A stretch of DNA of 62,652 bases, counting the filler, from Candidatus Coatesbacteria bacterium (GTDB lineage Bacteria > JAFGND01), in the NCBI GenBank assembly GCA_016927185.1. It is 5 parts of 5 records of this genome, joined end to end, with 100 filler letters (N's around TTAATTAATTAA, not from the genome) between each part and the next. Parts side by side here need not be neighbours in the genome. Positions count along the whole stretch, not along the records: positions 56,532 to 62,652 come from JAFGND010000015.1; 4 more parts are not named here. One strand, written 5' to 3'. A program made the translations under genes and the position numbers. Numbering within the stretch: position 1 is the first letter of the stretch; the number at the start of each line of letters is the position of its first letter. The notes beneath the pieces were generated by a model. It was given only the letters and a program-made list of their open reading frames with translations, was not told where the DNA came from and made no database searches. This document shows positions 59,624-62,652 of the stretch, piece by piece.

Positions 59624-60957
59624 AAATAGAAGGTGCATTTAATCCATTAAGATATAAAAAGAAAATAAATTTTCCCAAAAGTGCTAAAATAAGAGATTTT
59701 GGATTAGTAATAAGTGAAACATTTATCCCAGCTAAATTATATCCTGATCAAATCTTTGATTGGTTAAGAATTGATAATGTTGAGATAGGTGGTTTTTTAA
59801 ATGAAAATTCTATAATTACAGTCTTGGGAAAGGAAATCAGCAAAAGCACAGTTCAGTTAGCTTTAGAGGGAGATATACTTATAGCTAGACTAGGTCCATC
59901 TCTAGCTAATGAGAAAATATTGATAGCACCTAAAACAAAAAATACATTAGTAGTTTCAGGGGAATTTATTGTTTTTAGATCTTCTGGTTTGCAGCCAGAA
60001 GTTATTGTTAATATTCTGAAAACAAAAAAGTATTTAAATTATGTTTTGTCAAAAGGAAGAGGAGCTACTCCCAGCAGATTTAGAATAGATAGAAATGATT
60101 TTTCTGAACTCAGTTTTCCTTTAATGGAAAAAGGTTGTTTCGATAAAATTTACATTCTTGTTAGAGAGATAAATAATAGATATATGTCTTTTATACAGCA
60201 AGCGGATTCCCTTCTTGCTTCTATTGACGAATATGTCCTTTCAATGCTTGGCATAGAAATGCCAGAACTGGAAGACAAAAAGGTATTCACAGTATCATCA
60301 ATAGAATGCAAAGGCAAAAGAATTGATCCGCATTATCATAGTCCTAAATTCGAAGTAATAGAAAATAGTTTAAAAACAGGTTTATATAAACCTGTTATAT
60401 TGGATATATTTATTACTAAAATACATTATGGGATTTCAATTGAAAATGAATATGTAAAAAAAGGAATACCTTTATTGAGAATTCTAAATTTGAAACCTAA
60501 TGAGATAGATATAAGTGATGTAGTTTATTTAGATGAAAGTAAAAGGAAAGAAATCGGTTCAGGGTTCGTATATAAAGATGATTTATTAATCTCAAGAAGT
60601 GGTTCTATTGGAATTGTAGCAGTTGTTCCAAAAGAAGCAGATGGTTTTGCTTTTGGTTCTTTTATGATTAAACTTTGTCTAAATGATGATATAAACAAAA
60701 ACTTTGTGACTATTTGGTTGAATAATAAAGTTTTACAGAATTTGATTTTCAGGGAAAAGATTGGTGCTATTCAAGGTAACATAACAATAGATACTATTAA
60801 AAATTTTCTTATTCCTCTCCCCCCTCCCCGCATCCAAACCCAGATAGCTGACGAAGTAAAGAACCGAATGAACAAGGCAAAGGAATTGAAACAGGAAGCA
60901 AAGAAACTGCTGGAACAGGCAAAAGAGAAAATAGAAGAAATGATTTTAGGAGAATAA
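59575..60957 (+). CDS. HsdS-like specificity subunit with two TRDs, in the -1 frame (ORF track TTG start 59590)
   Basis: GDILIARLG, DDLLISRSGSIG, IPLPPPRIQTQI; two modules with coiled-coil spacers. Confidence 0.88.
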   Translation, partial: LVPPDLEDKIFITRSGEIEGAFNPLRYKKKINFPKSAKIRDFGLVISETFIPAKLYPDQIFDWLRIDNVEIGGFLNENSIITVLGKEISKSTVQLALEGDILIARLGPSLANEKILIAPKTKNTLVVSGEFIVFRSSGLQPEVIVNILKTKKYLNYVLSKGRGATPSRFRIDRNDFSELSFPLMEKGCFDKIYILVREINNRYMSFIQQADSLLASIDEYVLSMLGIEMPELEDKKVFTVSSIECKGKRIDPHYHSPKFEVIENSLKTGLYKPVILDIFITKIHYGISIENEYVKKGIPLLRILNLKPNEIDISDVVYLDESKRKEIGSGFVYKDDLLISRSGSIGIVAVVPKEADGFAFGSFMIKLCLNDDINKNFVTIWLNNKVLQNLIFREKIGAIQGNITIDTIKNFLIPLPPPRIQTQIADEVKNRMNKAKELKQEAKKLLEQAKEKIEEMILGE

Positions 60958-60962
60958 TAGCT

Positions 60963-61172
60963 TTAATCACAGGTTAACTCCTGTGCTTTCTGCTCATACT
61001 GTTTCTGCATGGTTAAGGAATTTCTCTTGTTCAGGTATTCAGTAAGCTTGGTTATCTTTTCTTGCTGGTCTGCAATCTCTTCTTTGTTCATCTCTTCCCA
61101 GTGCGCTCTTACTCTTGCCCTCTCCTCATCACTTCTTGTCTTTCCCAAATTTCCAATGTCAGTAGTTTTCAT
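60963..61172 (-). CDS. small hypothetical protein
   Basis: 69-aa charged helical ORF with TTGACA upstream; no SD. Confidence 0.4.
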   Translation of the reverse strand: MKTTDIGNLGKTRSDEERARVRAHWEEMNKEEIADQQEKITKLTEYLNKRNSLTMQKQYEQKAQELTCD

Positions 61173-61378
61173 GAGTCTTTGTTCTATTTTTTTTTGTCAA
61201 GTTTTTTCTTGACCTTAATCCTTTCTGATTAATATGCATCTTGATAATTTCATCTATCTTTTTTCTTTAGTTTGCTTGATAATAATCTGTTTGTAACTAT
61301 TTTCAGAAAAGTCTTGACAGAATAAAAAACTTATGTACTCTCAGGAATTAGTTGTTCACTAAAAAAAGGGAGGTCATT

Positions 61379-61969
61379 ATGACAAGAAAGAGTGAAAAAA
61401 GCGCATGGGAAGCGCATGGGAGAGTAATAATTGCTCTCCTTACTTGTTTTCTGTTTCTCTTTTTCTTCAGTTGTCAGGATGTATCCAATCCAACATCTGT
61501 TTCAGATGTATCCAAAACAAAGTTTGAAAAATATCAAGCATTAGCTAAAAAGCTTGATATCCCTGAAGATTTGTTAAAGCAATATTTTGAACAGCAGGAA
61601 AATAACTTTGTAGGAGATGGTCCACCTTATACAACAGAATGTTGGGGTGTTACAGGTTCTATAAGTATTGATGGTGGTGGCACTGTTCCTAAATATACAA
61701 TGGTTTATATTAAAGGAAAGATGCCATATTATTTTTTTTTTTCTGGATGGGATTCACTTTCTTTGAATAATTCTTATAAAATAGGTTTAAAATGGAAAAT
61801 TGGAGATCCTCCTGATGGTTGGACAGATCTTCCAGCTGGGACTTATAAAGTTTGTGCTTTTCTTGAATATAGTGGTAGTTTCTGGTATGGGGAAAGTAGT
61901 AATTTTGGCTGGATACCCAGTGCAAATGCTGATGTTACTGGTGTAACTGTAACAGTCTATGAAGAATAA
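61379..61969 (+). CDS. lipoprotein of unknown function
   Basis: GGGAGG RBS, lipobox FFSC; paralogous to the next gene (LKW..G.PPD.W...G.Y.VC...YGESS.F.W). Confidence 0.75.
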   Translation: MTRKSEKSAWEAHGRVIIALLTCFLFLFFFSCQDVSNPTSVSDVSKTKFEKYQALAKKLDIPEDLLKQYFEQQENNFVGDGPPYTTECWGVTGSISIDGGGTVPKYTMVYIKGKMPYYFFFSGWDSLSLNNSYKIGLKWKIGDPPDGWTDLPAGTYKVCAFLEYSGSFWYGESSNFGWIPSANADVTGVTVTVYEE

Positions 61970-61979
61970 GGAGGGGAAA

Positions 61980-62534
61980 ATGAAAAATAAAAGCAATGCT
62001 CAAAAAACGATTCTAATTTTAATATTGGTTTTTTCAGTTTTTTTATTGAATTGTTCTGATATTCAAGGTCCATCAGAGAATGAAAAAAAATCAAATACTT
62101 CTCAATCTGACTATTTCCAGTTTATTCCAAACACTTCTTCAAGTGGCTATAACCAGCTAATTCCTAATTTAGGAACGAAACCTCCATTTTGCTGAGACGG
62201 TATAGGAGTTGTTGGTGTCGTGTACATCAATGTTGATGGTGATACAATTGAAGCTCCCAATAAAACAAGAATATGGATTGAATATCATTCTAATTATTGG
62301 GGAATGGTTAATTGGACAGGTTCTGGCTCTCCTGGTTGGTATGAGATTTTACTAAAATGGACAAATGGTAGTCCTCCTGATGATTGGCCTGGAACTCTGA
62401 CAAATGGTAACTATTATGTTTGCGGATTTTGTGAGTATGATGGTATTAAATATTATGGAGAAAGCTCTGTTTTCAGTTGGAATTCTGCACAAACAGATCC
62501 AGATACAGTCGATCTTACTCTTAATGAGATGTAA
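61980..62534 (+). CDS. paralogous lipoprotein interrupted by in-frame TGA at 62193-62195
   Basis: AAGGAGG RBS, lipobox LLNC; ORFs 61959-62195 and 62220-62534 are in one frame. Confidence 0.7.
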
Positions 62535-62577
62535 AAGATACTTATATCCATATGTTGCATAAAGTAGGAGGTTAAAA

Positions 62578-62652
62578 ATGTATCGATTAATAATTCTAAT
62601 ACTAATCATTCCTTCTCTTATTTTCTCAGACTCTTTCAACCAGTACAGAAAA
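62578..62652 (+). CDS. 5' end of an exported protein, truncated by the window end
   Basis: AGGAGGT RBS; MYRLIILILIIPSLIFS signal peptide. Confidence 0.65.
   Translation, partial: MYRLIILILIIPSLIFSDSFNQYRK

Noticed and set aside
32639-62195. Genome-wide UGA reassignment (code 4 or 25)
   Set aside because: UGA ends conserved genes at expected positions (thrC-like, uvrB, sufS-like) and occurs in ATGA/TGATG coupled overlaps

Overview
AT-rich window made of five contigs (1-31836, 31937-44495, 44596-47595, 47696-56431, 56532-62652) joined by artificial 100-nt N-TTAATTAATTAA-N linkers, so adjacency across linkers means nothing. Most of it looks like an anaerobic bacterium with many exported proteins carrying T9SS-like C-terminal sorting domains, which suggests an FCB-related candidate lineage (inference). 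Recognisable genes: hydF/hydG/hydE, a class I aminotransferase, a yitJ-type Hcy methyltransferase-MTHFR fusion, a pduS/pduT-like pair, ahcY, thrC-like, trxB, an RNase E/G, three M1 aminopeptidases, a sufS-like gene, uvrB, and a defence contig with a HEPN-like protein and a restriction-modification locus. Top finding: a full bacterial -1 ribosomal frameshift signal (internal SD AAGGAG, C_CCU_UUU heptamer, 10-bp stem) joining the nuclease-methyltransferase gene to the specificity (TRD) gene, predicting both RM and RM-S fusion proteins. Also notable: a ~300-nt structured RNA upstream of hydF; a multi-copy family of exported beta-propellers with near-identical 120-bp repeats and hypervariable surface codons; two exported-protein genes with in-frame UGA, one followed by a SECIS-like hairpin; and one contig that looks archaeal. 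All calls are by eye; no searches or folding programs were run.
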